Made by a program: the position numbers and the translations under genes. DNA of 43,475 nt from Hydrolagus affinis (taxonomy: Eukaryota). How positions within the stretch are numbered: position 1 is the stretch's first letter; each line of letters starts with the position of its first letter. The DNA lies in NCBI GenBank assembly GCA_012026655.1, contig JAAILG010003942.1, positions 1 through 43,475 of the forward strand, in the 5' to 3' direction. This document shows positions 31,946-43,475 of the stretch, in pieces. Below the pieces are notes generated by a model. That model saw only the letters and a list, made by a program, of their open reading frames with translations. It was not told where the DNA came from and did not search any database.

Positions 31946-34900
31946 ACTGTATTCAAGAAACTAGGGTCCAGCACCCTTCCACCCTGCAGTATTTAGATCG
32001 CTTCCCCAATTGCATGGACGTGTGAGTGTTCACCAGTATTCAGCATGTCTGTATATTGCTGCCTGTGCAGTGGTTTTGAATCATAACAACCTTCCCCAAG
32101 AACAGCAGCTGTGCTGAGCTAGTGAACTGTTTCTGCAGCTGAAGAAGTGAATACTTGTAGAACAGTTACAATCTCCAATTTTGTCAGATAGAACCATTCT
32201 ACTTGACACATTTACTGTTTTTCACACTTTCCCATATGAACTCCCAAAAAGAAGTCTTTCAACCCAAAAATAAAGGGGTGTGAAACCCTCATTGTCCAGT
32301 GTCTTGGGACGTTCCTCTGACTAGAAAGGCGATATATAAATGCAACTTGCTTTTGTAATCATAAAACAGCAAAAGTATCAATATGGCATTTTTTTTTCTT
32401 TTTTTAGGCACCGGCATTGACTATTTTCTCCAAGGTGAATTCTCTTCCTGCTCCTGCAGTGTTGGAAATAAAAAGCTAAAGAGTACCTCTGGCTTTTTCT
32501 GGCTTTGACTCCTCCTCACCGGCAGTCTCAGTATAACATGGACAATTCTATTTGAAGCAGTCTGCAGTCCCTTGGAATATAAATATGGAGTTAACCAGTG
32601 TTCAATGCAGAATGTTTAAACGGACCACTTAGGTTTGGTTTTCAGAAGGTAAAACACAATGTTGTCATAAAACATTAAAACAAATGCATCAATACTTTCT
32701 GTATTGATCTCCTCCACTCCTCTAGTTCCTACTTACAACAGAATTTATATCAGCAAGCAAATACAGTTGCTCCCAGTCTCTCTGAGGGCTCTCAATAGTA
32801 TGATGGATGTTCAGATAAATATTGTATTTATTGCAGGGCTACCTTTCATGCCTGCATTTTCTAATTCCAGATGAGCTGAGCTTTTAACTCACGCTTGCAT
32901 TGAGGTGTTTTTTTTTGATGTTTCACATTCATCTAAAATAGGCAGTGGTTATTAAAAGCTTGTTATTGTCCCTTTAAGTAATTTAAGAGAGTTTACCTCA
33001 AATCCTGGGAGTGATGAGGTGCGTTCAGTCGTGGCCTTTTCAAGTGGTTTTTGATCGGTGTGGCTTCATTAAAAGTAAATTCTCAACTCCATGCTGCTGT
33101 CGTAAATGCAAATGACTTGACACAGCACAACTGTGGTGCTGTGATTTATTAGCAATTGTCTTAAAATAGTAAAAAAGCTGCATTCTTTCATTCCATTGTT
33201 GTTAAAACTTAATCACTGTGAACGGTAACTTTTAAGGTGTGATTTCTTATGGTAGTTTCTATTGACACTGAGCAAGATATACACTAACTCTCCCTGGCTG
33301 TTTCATATTCTTTATGTTGCATTTTGCCAAACTTTACAATTTGTTTGTGGTTGTTGCTGTTTGAAGAGCTATTCCAAGAAAGGGAGCTTTGACAGATGTT
33401 GAAAAATCTTGGGTTTAGACCACATATAGAAAAGAAGCTTCCGTTAACTGCTTGATTCATCCCTATAATGCGTAAACTTAAATTTTTTAGTTTATGATTT
33501 GTTTTAAAATTGGTATTGATCAACTTTCATTTGCAGCTTAGTCCATATAGTTGAAAATACTTCAGTGCTCCCAAACATTATTTGTGTTTAACGCTCCAAG
33601 ATACTGTGTGAAGTGCGCTCTATAAATGCAAGTTGTTGATGTTACTATTCTGCCCACCACCATCAATATCTCTTTTTAATATTACTGTTTGATGTATAAA
33701 CACAACAACAACAACAACAACTTCGATTTATATAGCGCCCTCCACGCCAGACGGCGAAGTTGATTGAATTCATGGAAGTTGAAATTTTTTGCATCTGATT
33801 ATGGTGGTGCAGGATGGAAAAAGATGTGTTTCTCATAGGGAGGAGAGTTTTGGAGTATATATCCTGCACCATTTTTTGCAGTCATTGAATTGCAGTTTTG
33901 TATTTTACTCTTGCATTATTCCAGCAGTACTCTGGCATTGTGCTAATGTGCCATTTCTATCAACCACCCTGAAGAATATCAGCAACTTGGGATCAGAAAG
34001 ATGCATTTCAGCTGTTATGATAGTTCTGTTGTACATTATACTACAGTCTGTATTTTTAATACCCCCTGCTTTTGCTCATAGTTTTACCAATTTTATTACT
34101 TCTACATCTGCTATCATAATTGTTACCTAAATTTGTGCTTAGCTACATAATTTTTCCTGTTTGACTGCGAAAGCTGCTATGCTACTTTTATGAGAATACT
34201 GCTGGAATAGTACAAGACGAAAATACATCAATAATTAGCATTTATCTAGAGTTGTTCATGCAAGACAGCATCTTGGAGCGCATAACAGTGGTGGAGCCTG
34301 ACGCTGAGCTGGAGGCAGTGAGAAGGTGACCGTAAGCGTAGTTTGAAGTGTAAGGTCTCACTTACTTGGTAACAGGATCTGTTAACATTCTTGCTATCAA
34401 GAGAGTCTTTTCAGCATGCTTGCCAGTTGTCATGCCACCCAGTCAGGGATCAGAAACTACAATGATGTATTTGAGATAAGTACATAAATTGATCATGCCA
34501 CTGATCGATGGGTACAATGAAGCTGCGTTTCAGATGCGTTTTTTTTAAAAAAGATGATATTCACCAATTCTACTAATCCTTACTCTACCACAGTGATCGG
34601 TGGTAGAAGTCAAATCGATAGATAAAAGAATGTTTCCTGCTAGAAAACCACCTTGTTTTGCATAAACCACTCATGCTGCCTTGTGTAAACATTTTGTGCT
34701 GGTTCATGTGAGATTCCCTAGAGAATTGATTTGCAGAAGTTAGGTCTTTAACACCAATAGTAACCACATGTTATGATTTAAAATGCCAGACAACCGCTTT
34801 GCAATGTAACATCCTGGTTTCGGTTGTTAAAAAGCATTTCAAACTTCAGAAACCTAGTGAGTTGTAAGTTTGTGCGTATAGTGTATTTTTTTACTTTTCA

Positions 34901-35870
34901 TTAATATTAAATGTTTGCTTTGGGGCTTTGTAAGTGTTGAGTGTAACATACTATTTAAAGTTCCAACTTTGTCTCTTGAGTAATTGCTAATTATATTAGA
35001 AATGCCATACCAAACTAGATTTAAAAAACATATCCCACAGGTACAGTATTATTTGAGCCTATTTCCCTTTCACCCAAATCTTGTTAGAATTAGTCATCAG
35101 CACTCTGCAGTAATTATCCTTGAATTGCCATTTTTACAATATTTGTATGGCCTCATTTATGCACGGTTATTTTTGCTGTGATGTTTAATGCCCCATTTAT
35201 ACTGCACTTTCAGTTTTGATTGATTCATTGTGTGAATAGCATTACAACAAAGTTAAATATATAGCATCAACCCACTTTCCTCCATACAACTCAAAACTTA
35301 TTTCATGCTTGTGTCAACTGGTGAAAACCCTTTCAGAAAATGCTTCAAAAGAAAGGTATTTACACAATTGCAGTATAGATCAAACAGTGCAAAATGATTT
35401 GGGATCCCCACTCCTGCTGTTTTTTTAACTAATGAACACAGATTTTTTTAATGTAAATTCTTAGTAAATTCTAAATTTCAAAAATGTCCTGGGGGCCTCT
35501 CCTTTAACTAGTTTCAATGTTCACTCTGAACATGCAGGAAGCACAGGCTTGTTGACACATAGGTCGATATGAACGTAGTGAAGTCTTTTGGGATTCTTCA
35601 AAATGTCACGTTATTTGGTGCGACAGGCAATACAAATCCAATCTGCTCCCTCACATCAGTCTGAACCTCAGGTGAAAATTATATTATAGAGCAGGTGCTA
35701 GAAAACAATAGCTTTTGAGAAGTATATTCTCACTGCTTTGATACAACTTAATGGAATTAATGTACATTACTTTTCCACATAATTACTGCTGTACTTTCCC
35801 ACCCCCCCTCTGACAGAGCAAAATCTGCTGTTGTCCGCTGTCCCATTGGAATTGATTGGAATTGAAAAGA

Positions 35871-35970
35871 ATGGAGAAGGAAATAATTCAAGATGCTTTG
35901 GATAGATTTTGCAGTAGCCATGAGCAAACGTATGATGAATTTCTGGAATCCTTTCTTTACTTGAATAAAG
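35871..35970 (+). CDS. IFTAP: IFTAP (NWC/C11orf74) first coding exon
   Basis: MEKEIIQDALDRFCSSHEQTYDEFLESFLYLNK matches the conserved LD.F...HEQTY(D)EFL..F.HL block. Acceptor TCTGACAG| at 35816; donor AAG|GTATGT, phase 1. Confidence 0.9.
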
Positions 35971-36074
35971 GTATGTATATCTTTGAAAGTATAGTACAGT
36001 ACCATGTTTAAGTAATGCCTGTGTTTATTGCGAACACTGGTCATCTGATTTTGGCACTCCATTGCATTCTTGAA

Positions 36075-36330
36075 TGAACGGTGTTGTCCCTAAGATGAAA
36101 CCGAGGTCCTATCTGCTTTTGAGTTTCTCATGATGTCCGAGACAATAATCCTCTCGATAACTTGGCCATTCACTTCCTGGCTGTTTATGTAACATTAATG
36201 TAACCATGTTATCCATGTTCATACCAAATATATTCGCTATACAATACTGTACTTTATGGTAATCAGTGTAAAGTGCTTTGAGATGTTTCAATGCTCTAGG
36301 TGTTATATCAAATGCAAGATTTTTATATTG
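36075..36330 (+). mobile_element. Deu-domain SINE fragment
   Basis: AGATGAAACCGAGGTCC and tail GTAAAGTGCTTTGAGATG..ATATCAAATGCAAG. Confidence 0.6.
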
Positions 36331-36501
36331 ATATAACCAATATGAATTGGTAAATTTATTGCAATATTATAGTAGATAGGCTAGTCAGTGGGAAATTTGA
36401 CCGGTTGCCTTGCTCAGACTGCCCTCTGACAAGCTTTGTAGCTACAAAAAGCGAGCTGCCAAATGGCTTTTTCATTAAATGAGTTTGGCTTCCATGTATA
36501 G

Positions 36502-36650
36502 AAAACCTGAAGAGACCTGAAGAGAAGGCAGTACCTACAGAATTTGGTGGTGAAGCGGAGGATGAGGAGGACATTCCACCCCAGAGGAAAGAGTCAGCAG
36601 AATGTGTACTAAATATACAGAAGCTAAATATATGCAAGCATGATGAAGAG
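36502..36650 (+). CDS. IFTAP: IFTAP second coding exon (GC donor inferred)
   Basis: Acceptor CATGTATAG|; open frame (E)NLKRPEEKAVPTEFGGEAEDEE...KHDEE. Frame is kept only with GAG|GCAGGT. Confidence 0.7.
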
Positions 36651-36962
36651 GCAGGTATTCAGTTTTTGCCAGATATGAGCAATAACTTGCTGATTCAGAG
36701 ATTAAATTACATTAAATTATTAGATAAGATAGGACCATATGTTGTTTTATAATTCAAATTTTTATTGGTTTGTCTCTAGCTGTCCAAGACTGCAATTTTA
36801 GTACAGTATCTTGGGTTATTTTTGAGGAAACAATAAAATAAATGCCACTTTTTAAAGAAAAATTAAAAGATTTTCAAGTGTTTCTATATGTACTCTACTA
36901 TGAAGCATTGCTTCTCTGCAGAACAGAACTTCTTCTAATTTTAATTATTTTTTGCTTTACAG

Positions 36963-37034
36963 TTCATTATTGATGTAGGATTGAAGGTTGGTAGCTTTCA
37001 AGAAGGGGACTTGTCACTCGCTGGAAGAGTTAAG
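36963..37034 (+). CDS. IFTAP: IFTAP third coding exon (72 nt)
   Basis: TTGCTTTACAG| FIIDVGLKVGSFQEGDLSLAGRVK |GTAAGC; resembles the recalled ..D.G.KVG....GDL..AGKVK exon. Confidence 0.85.
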
Positions 37035-38818
37035 GTAAGCTAGACATGTTGCAACCTCTTTCTGCCTTTGGATTTTTTTTAAAAAATGAACATGTCTTAC
37101 AATTCTGTTTCTAATTTTCATTGGCATGTGGAGATCCCCTGCAAACTGGAATGCAATTTTGTAGGCTCTGGTTGCCTTGTCGACGTGGCCATGAGCCTTG
37201 GCAGTGTGTGTTGGTCAGCCACTCAACTGCAAAGGGCATCGCAGCCAAGCTTGACCTCTCCTCACTCAGCTGCCATGTGTCAAAGAGGGACCATAAATCT
37301 ACCTGGTTTTCCTTCCCCTGGCCCGGGAAAGTTGGGGACAACAGAGTCCCAGTTGGAAACAGGATTCTATTCCGCCATTCTATAGATTTATATCTGATCT
37401 GTACCTCAAGTCTAATTACCCGCCTTGCCCGTATCTTTTAATATCCACATGTGCAATCCTGTCTGAGATCAGCAAACTCTGTTTGGTTGGATTCAAACCA
37501 GTGAGCTCCCAGTCTATGAGCTACAGCTTTCTTAAATGTTTGGATGCAGGTGTCACAGGCATCGTTCATATCAACCATATCATATTAGCTTTAATCTAAA
37601 CTGTTTTCACTGGGAAGTAGGAAAATTATAAATGTTGACCCTGATAGAATTCAAATTTATGCAGACCAGTCATTGTGCTTTAAATATCATTGTTAGTTTT
37701 GGTATTTACCATCTACTTTTTTCTTCAGTTTTTTTTCTTCTGAAACGTTTGGTTATAAAGTTAAATGCCGCAAGTTTTACAACTAGCTGCATCAATGTTC
37801 TTTCGAAGTGTAACCGTTTTATCAAACAACTCAAATAAGCTCAACACCTAAAACTTGCTTAAGATGACTTTTTAAAACAATTCTAAGTACTGTAATGTAA
37901 TTCATGACTGCATTTGTCACGCTATCCTTGTGTGCACCATGACTAGTAAGGTCTGTCATAAACAGATCCACTGTCACTTGCAGCAACCATTTCCTGTTTG
38001 TGTTACCATATGGAACGGTTGTTATTCTGTTTGTGATACTGTGAAGTTTTCTCTCTTTTGTTTCACACAGAATGTATTTTTCTTTAAAAAGTGTTTTGAA
38101 GCTTTAAGCAATATCCAGCATATTTACACAATACAAAATGACATTTGTATAGCGCCTTTCACGTCTGGAGGATGTCCCAAGGCGCTGAACAGTCAGGGAT
38201 TTAGACCCGAGCTGGGGGATTTAATCAACTCATGGAATTAACATTAAACACTAAAGTGTTTTTGTGTCTCTGCCAAATACTGCAGTGATTGTTTTCACTG
38301 GTCACAGTTATTTATAATGTAATCCCAATGCAGCCAAATACCCTGCAGTAAGGTGTTAATGCTTTTCTGATCAAAAATTCAGAGTCTAGTAGATGCTAGC
38401 ATTGGCAATCTATCTGCTAAATGGCCCATTTCATTGACTTGCAGCCTGTTGGTTTCTGCCTTCTCATGAGAACAAACTGGCTCTGCAATTGCTGATTAGG
38501 GTGAAAACACACTTCTACCTTAGGACTTACAAGCAGACTATTAAATGACTGCACTTTGGACCATAGACAATAGTTTCAATGATTAGAAAAGTGACACTGA
38601 AAAATGTACATTTACTGTGAACTTCAAAAGTGATCTAATTTGAATTAGGAAGCAGATTCTCACAATCTTGTGAAGTGACCTGAAAAGTAATGCAATAAAT
38701 GGGTTGATGTTGAATTGATCTCAGATTTTATTGTTGAGAATGAGATGTAGGGCAGCAAAAACCATCACTCGAATTTCCCTTCTCAGAACTACTATCGTAA
38801 ACTAGGGAGGTGGCTATA

Positions 38819-39435
38819 CAGTAGAAGCCCGTTTATCCGTGACTTGATGTACCGGCACTTCCGTATAACCGGCATGCCAAAAAAAAATCCCCATTCGATA
38901 AACCAGAACTTGTCTGGAACAATAGCAGTGGAGCATTTGTAAATGCATAAATAATAACAGATAATAACAGAATATTGTATTGGTATTTATCGTTAAACTA
39001 CTCTCTTGCGCTTTGTACCTTTACTGGTAGATGCTGCGCTTGAAGCCATGATGCTGCGGTTGAGGATTATAGTCCAGCGATTCTTTTTAAAATGGAGCAC
39101 GCCAAGCGGGTGAAAAAAATGGAACGCGACTTTAAAATCATACTAGCGGCAAGCCGATAACGCTAGCCGATAACCCACGTTGTCGCGCAGGTGCAGTATT
39201 TCGGTTTGCCGCTATTAGAGTATAGGGCTTCGGCTTGCTGCTAGTAAAGTCACGCGACTTATGTTTTAACAGTAAGTACCAATATAATATTCTGTTATTA
39301 CTTAGTCTGGTGTGTATGGTGTGTGTTAAAAGAACTTTAATTTTTTTGTAATGGGTTTTCGGCCGTGGGTGCCCGGATATCCATCCAGCAAGTGATTTAA
39401 CCAGCATTGGCCAGGTCCCGTGGGTGCCGGATAAA
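38819..39435. mobile_element. pogo/Tigger-like non-autonomous DNA transposon, right end degenerate
   Basis: TA|CAGTAGAAGCCCGTTTATCCG left TIR with internal ACCGGCA repeats, and CCGGATAA near 39427. A complete right TIR is not seen. Confidence 0.55.
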
Positions 39436-39450
39436 GTTAAAAGTAGGTTC

Positions 39451-39573
39451 TTTAAAAGCTCTTCCCTTGTAAAAAAAAAGTACCATGGTAATGGTGGTAG
39501 TACTATGGTAGTACTATGGTTATAGTGGTGGTACTTTTTTACAAGGGTTGGGCAGTTTGGTAGAGCTTTTAAA
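39451..39573. repeat. Approximately 120-bp imperfect palindrome with an internal TGGTAGTACTA tandem
   Basis: TTTAAAAGCTCT/AGAGCTTTTAAA outer arms and CCCTTGT(A)nGTACCA/TGGTAC(T)nACAAGGG inner arms. Confidence 0.8.
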
Positions 39574-40061
39574 ATGGCCAGACATTAGCAGAGCCTGAAT
39601 TGATTTGCACTGCCTGCATTTTTACTGCCAGCACTACTGATCCTTAACCTGATGAAACCGCTTCCTCATGGTGCTTCAGGCAAATAAGTTCAGTGGAAAT
39701 AGCTTTCTCGTCCTTGCACTTGTGACAGGATTTATAACATGGTTTTTGTTTGTTGACTCGTACAATTTTCTTGTAAATAGGGGTATTACTTGTTACAATT
39801 CAAAATGATGTCACAGTGGGGCACTGCAAGCAGTGATTGCTATGTCACATGATGGCACAATGCCTTATTGTTGGATGCCCTGTTAGTTGCTGTTTTTCAA
39901 GCTTTCGTCTTCACATGCCTAATGTTCAAAACTCCCTGTTGAAAACACGCGTCCATAACTGATCATGGCAAATGAGGTTTGGTGGGTTTATCGTAAGATT
40001 TGGAAGTATTCATTTAATAAGAGTTTTTATTAACAATATGTCAATCTTTAACTTTCTTAAG

Positions 40062-40128
40062 GTAGACAATTACATGGAATTTGAAGGTGAAGACTGTGAG
40101 GAAGAGGTCATCAACCTCAGGGACACTG
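40062..40128 (+). CDS. IFTAP: IFTAP fourth coding exon (67 nt); gene continues beyond the window
   Basis: TTCTTAAG| VDNYMEFEGEDCEEEVINLRDT G|GTAAGT; matches the conserved VDNFLDLED block; phase 0 to 1. Confidence 0.88.
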
Positions 40129-42937
40129 GTAAGTGTTTGCCATGCGTATACAGATTAAGCAAATAACAACAAATTTACTAAATCAAAAAAGAGATTTGCA
40201 TTTCATAGAATTATACAGCACAGAAGGAGGCCATTCAGCTCATCTTGTCTGGGCTGGCACTTTGAAAAGAGCTGTCCAAATCAATCACACTCCCCTGATT
40301 GCTCCCCATAGTCCTGCAACCCCGTCCTCCCCAAATCACCATCCACTTTTGTCCAGATGCTTTTTGTTTACAAAGAAAGAATTTGGCGCTCCTATATTAC
40401 TGCTTGCTTCTGCAGCTTCCTAATTGCTAACACAGTTTCTTATCACTACATAGCAAATTTCTTGGGTAAACCCAGTTACAAGCTAAAGAAAAATAAGAAA
40501 CTTCAGTAACTTCCAAATGTTGAATTTTTGTATTAATGTAACATAACTGCTTGTTTGACTATAAAATACACTTTGCACTGCATCTGGTGAAATGGCTTGA
40601 GATGAAACCTCCTTGCATCAAAGGTAAATGTTATTTACGTTGTTATATGTAGGTTCTGCTTCAACAAAAACAAACAACAATGCCACGCCTTTCATGTATG
40701 AATGCCACGCACACCTTTCGTATTGGGAGTATGTCCCAAGGTGCTGGACAGTCAAGTAATCAGTAATAAGAATTCTTAAGAACTGAACAGGTCTTTAATA
40801 TGAATTCAGTATATCAGTCAGGCAATCAGGAAACCTGAAAATAAAATTTTGGTGTAACCTTGATTGTATAACAATGGACATTGGGTAATATTTTCTGGGC
40901 TCAATTCAGAATAAATAATTCTTAATAATTAGTATGAAGTCACAAACAAGTTTTGCTCCTTTGTTATATCATGAGTTTCTTTTTTTTTAAATTCTTATTT
41001 GCATTCTGTAGCATTCACACACCACTGTCAAACAGAGGGCACTGGTTTTAATGCCCACTTACAAGTGTACATTTCATAAGCTCAGGACATTTTCCTTTCA
41101 AATATGGGATTGCAAATGTGATCAGCGCCCTCTATGTTTAAATACACATTTATCTGTTTTCTAACTGATCGAGAGTACAGTAAATGCTAACCAGGGATGG
41201 TCCCATTGTGCTGCTGCCGCCTCAGACTGCTGTTCTGCACCAATGCAGCTCATCAAAACACAGCTGGCCAGATAAGCTTCAAAACACTAGGCACCAATCA
41301 TGAATGTGCTAATTGGCTAAGGAATTAAACAAATGTTGTTGTTAGGATATTGTTCGAAGCACAGATGATTTACCACATTTCTTTGAATAAAAAGGGCCAA
41401 AAATAATTGTAGCACATAAAGGATTCTTCCTACACACTCTCCTTTGTCTGTTGAGAGATGGATCAGTTTTTCTCGTCGGCTCCTACTAATCTACAGCCAT
41501 TAGGTTCTATTCTAATTAAGAGAAAGGTGCAGGGTGATTCATTCCGGTAATGTGGTGTATTCAAATCAAAATAGTTTAATGTTATTCTGTGAGTATAATC
41601 ATATTTGTATAGCGTTGGTGTAACCCAACAAAGGTTCTTCCTTGGGTTTGAGTATTGAAACCTTTTTGCATCTGTCAGAGAGATACGGTGAGCTTAAAGC
41701 AAGCCAAAGTTTGAAGCATCAAATCTTATTTCATAGAGACGTTTTTAAAGACAGAATGAACTGGAATTCTTTAATTTAGAACAATGAGCTGCTAGTTCCA
41801 GCCACAGTCTCTAACATGCACTTTGTAGAGAAAAATGACTCTTGGAATACTCTATGTAGCATTTTAGAGCGACCAGATTTTCACAAATTGATATATTAAA
41901 TTTTTAGCTTTGAAGCTATTTTTCTGTAGCTCTTAAAAAAATGGGAGATCTCACAGCACATTGATGTGAGGTTGCCTGGTTTCACTGGAAGTTGGCCATT
42001 TTTTAGCGCGTGGGGAGCTGGCTACAGGTTCACGGGGCACCCACGTTATTAGCAAATCTGCATTATAATTAAATATGTTATCATGAGACTCTACTGTCAT
42101 TGTTAAAGAGAAGTTAGTTGTCTTATAAACCTGAACAAGTGATGGCAGACCCAGTTGAAATGTAGATAAATACAAGAGCAAAATTTGTAATTATCCTTCA
42201 CAGATTAACTCAGAATGTTAGTAACGTAGAAAGACAACCTTGAGACAATCCTGATCTGATACCTTGGTTAAATGAAGAACAAAATTAGCCTGAGATGGAA
42301 GATTTTTAGAGAAGGAATGGATTCGACCCTTATGAAAGAACAAGCGTAGGTTTCAGCTGGAACATAAAAACTGCAAGCTAAACTGAGTAGGGTCAGGAGA
42401 TGCGTAAATGTAGTGATCAGTTCTAGCATGAAAAGGTCAAGTGAGGCGAAGATTGATAACACTGAAGTATTTTCTCAAATAATTGCAGTGTCCGTTAGCA
42501 AAAAGGTGATGCTGTAATGGGCCTGCCGCGAACTGGCTCCCTGTTGAGAATAAATTATGCTTTTCCTACATTTATGCATTAAAATTGGACCTGCAAAATA
42601 CGAACTCAGCTCTCTTTTCACCCCATTCGAAAATAGAAAATTGTTCCTATCAAATAAAATATTCAAAATTTACTTCAATAGACTTCAATTCTGGTGGCAA
42701 GTATTGCTTGTTACCATGCTATCTTTTGGCATGACTGTGCATAGATTTGGTGTATAGAAATTACCAGCCTCAATGTTTCTCATGACTGCTGGCTGATGTG
42801 AGAGACTGTGGAATTGTTTAGGACATGTTACAGTTTAGAGTGTCTTTGTACTTGGAACTGTGATTGTGAGCATTGGATGATTTGAATTGTTCTCGACAAA
42901 GTTTTGCTTAAATTTAATCTTTTCTTCTTTAAACCAT

Positions 42938-43295
42938 GGAGTGGTTAGAGTTAGAGCACAGTGGTTAGAGCACTCACCTCGCAAGCCAAAGACTTGGGTT
43001 TGATTCCTGGCAGAGCAAAATGTTGGGCAAGTTCCTTCCTCCACACTCCTCTGTTTACCTAGCAGTAAGTAGGAACCCGGTTGTTGGTCGATTGGCAGAT
43101 CGCTTTTCCAGGGGTAATAATACCTTTTAAAAAAAAATCTAATAATATATTGGTCACTTCAGTCCACGACTATTTGCGGGGACACTGCTGTGCGCAATTG
43201 GCTGCCGTGTTTCGTCCACAAAGTATACAGTCAATTTACAGTACAATGTATTCTGTGAAGCCCTTCGAGGAGTCTCAACGATGTGATACAGAATT
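42938..43295 (+). mobile_element. Full-length tRNA-derived SINE (long form)
   Basis: GTGGTTAGAGCACTC head, TTGGGCAAG, extra block CTCTGTTTACCTAGCAGTAAGTAGGAACC and Deu-type core. Confidence 0.85.
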
Positions 43296-43307
43296 TATGG
43301 AATTTAC

Positions 43308-43475
43308 TACCCCAGAAGGCTGTAGATGCTCAGTCCTTGAACATTTTCAAGGCTGAGACTGATAGATTTTTGAAAAATAGAGGGATTAGGGGATATGGGG
43401 ATAGGGCAGGTAATCAGAGTTAGGTGAGAAGATCAGCCATGATCTTATTGAATGGTGGAGCAGGCTCGAAGGGCC
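43308..43475 (+). mobile_element. CR1 LINE 3' fragment
   Basis: Translates PEGCRC/AVDAQSLNIFKAETDRFLKNRGIRGYG (CR1 ORF2 C-terminus), then GATCAGCCATGATCTTATTGAATGGTGGAGCAGGCTCGAAGGGCC, typical of shark CR1 3' UTRs. Confidence 0.85.

Noticed and set aside
33789-34130. 113-aa ORF in IFTAP intron 1
   Set aside because: AT-rich, non-ATG start, no motifs and no consistent splice phases.
34584-34607. 8-bp hairpin TCTACCAC/GTGGTAGA
   Set aside because: Too short to be significant in 43 kb.
36655-36656. Canonical GT donor for the second IFTAP coding exon
   Set aside because: Out of phase with both downstream exons and creates an immediate stop.
39741-39749. Perfect nonamer GGTTTTTGT
   Set aside because: No heptamer at 12- or 23-nt spacing.
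12588-42963. Other perfect heptamers (near 12588, 21375, 22927, 33214, 34589, 39812, 42957)
   Set aside because: None has a credible nonamer at 12 or 23 nt; this frequency is expected by chance.
1-43475. CRISPR arrays or rRNA genes
   Set aside because: No regularly spaced repeat-spacer structure and no rRNA-like sequence; this is vertebrate DNA.

Overview
Jawed-vertebrate genomic DNA containing the RAG locus. It is most likely a cartilaginous fish, possibly a holocephalan; this is inferred from the compact locus, the single large RAG1 coding exon, SacSINE1-like Deu-domain SINEs and shark-type CR1 3' ends. Gene order: ELF5 (+, six coding exons 5653-12167, 248 aa), RAG1 (+, 16232-19399), RAG2 (-, 25740-24178, convergent with RAG1), then IFTAP/NWC/C11orf74 (+). 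IFTAP has a CpG promoter at about 26030-26330 inside the RAG2 5' intron and four coding exons at 35871-40128; it continues past the window. The rest is intron or intergenic DNA rich in SINEs, L2/CR1 3' fragments, a hAT MITE and a Tigger-like element. I found no intact RAG transposon and no clearly new multi-gene system. The best leads are: a SINE copy that has become a near-canonical 12-RSS 1.4 kb outside RAG2; a perfect 32-bp inverted repeat between the RAG 3' ends; an in-frame ATG in RAG1 exon 1; paired ZNF143 sites plus an RFX X-box in the IFTAP/RAG2 promoter; a GC-AG intron required in IFTAP; extra CDK sites in the RAG2 tail; ELF5 directly abutting RAG1; and a 44-bp inverted repeat around the ELF5 ETS exon. 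Comparisons to human or mouse sequences are from memory and need confirming by alignment.
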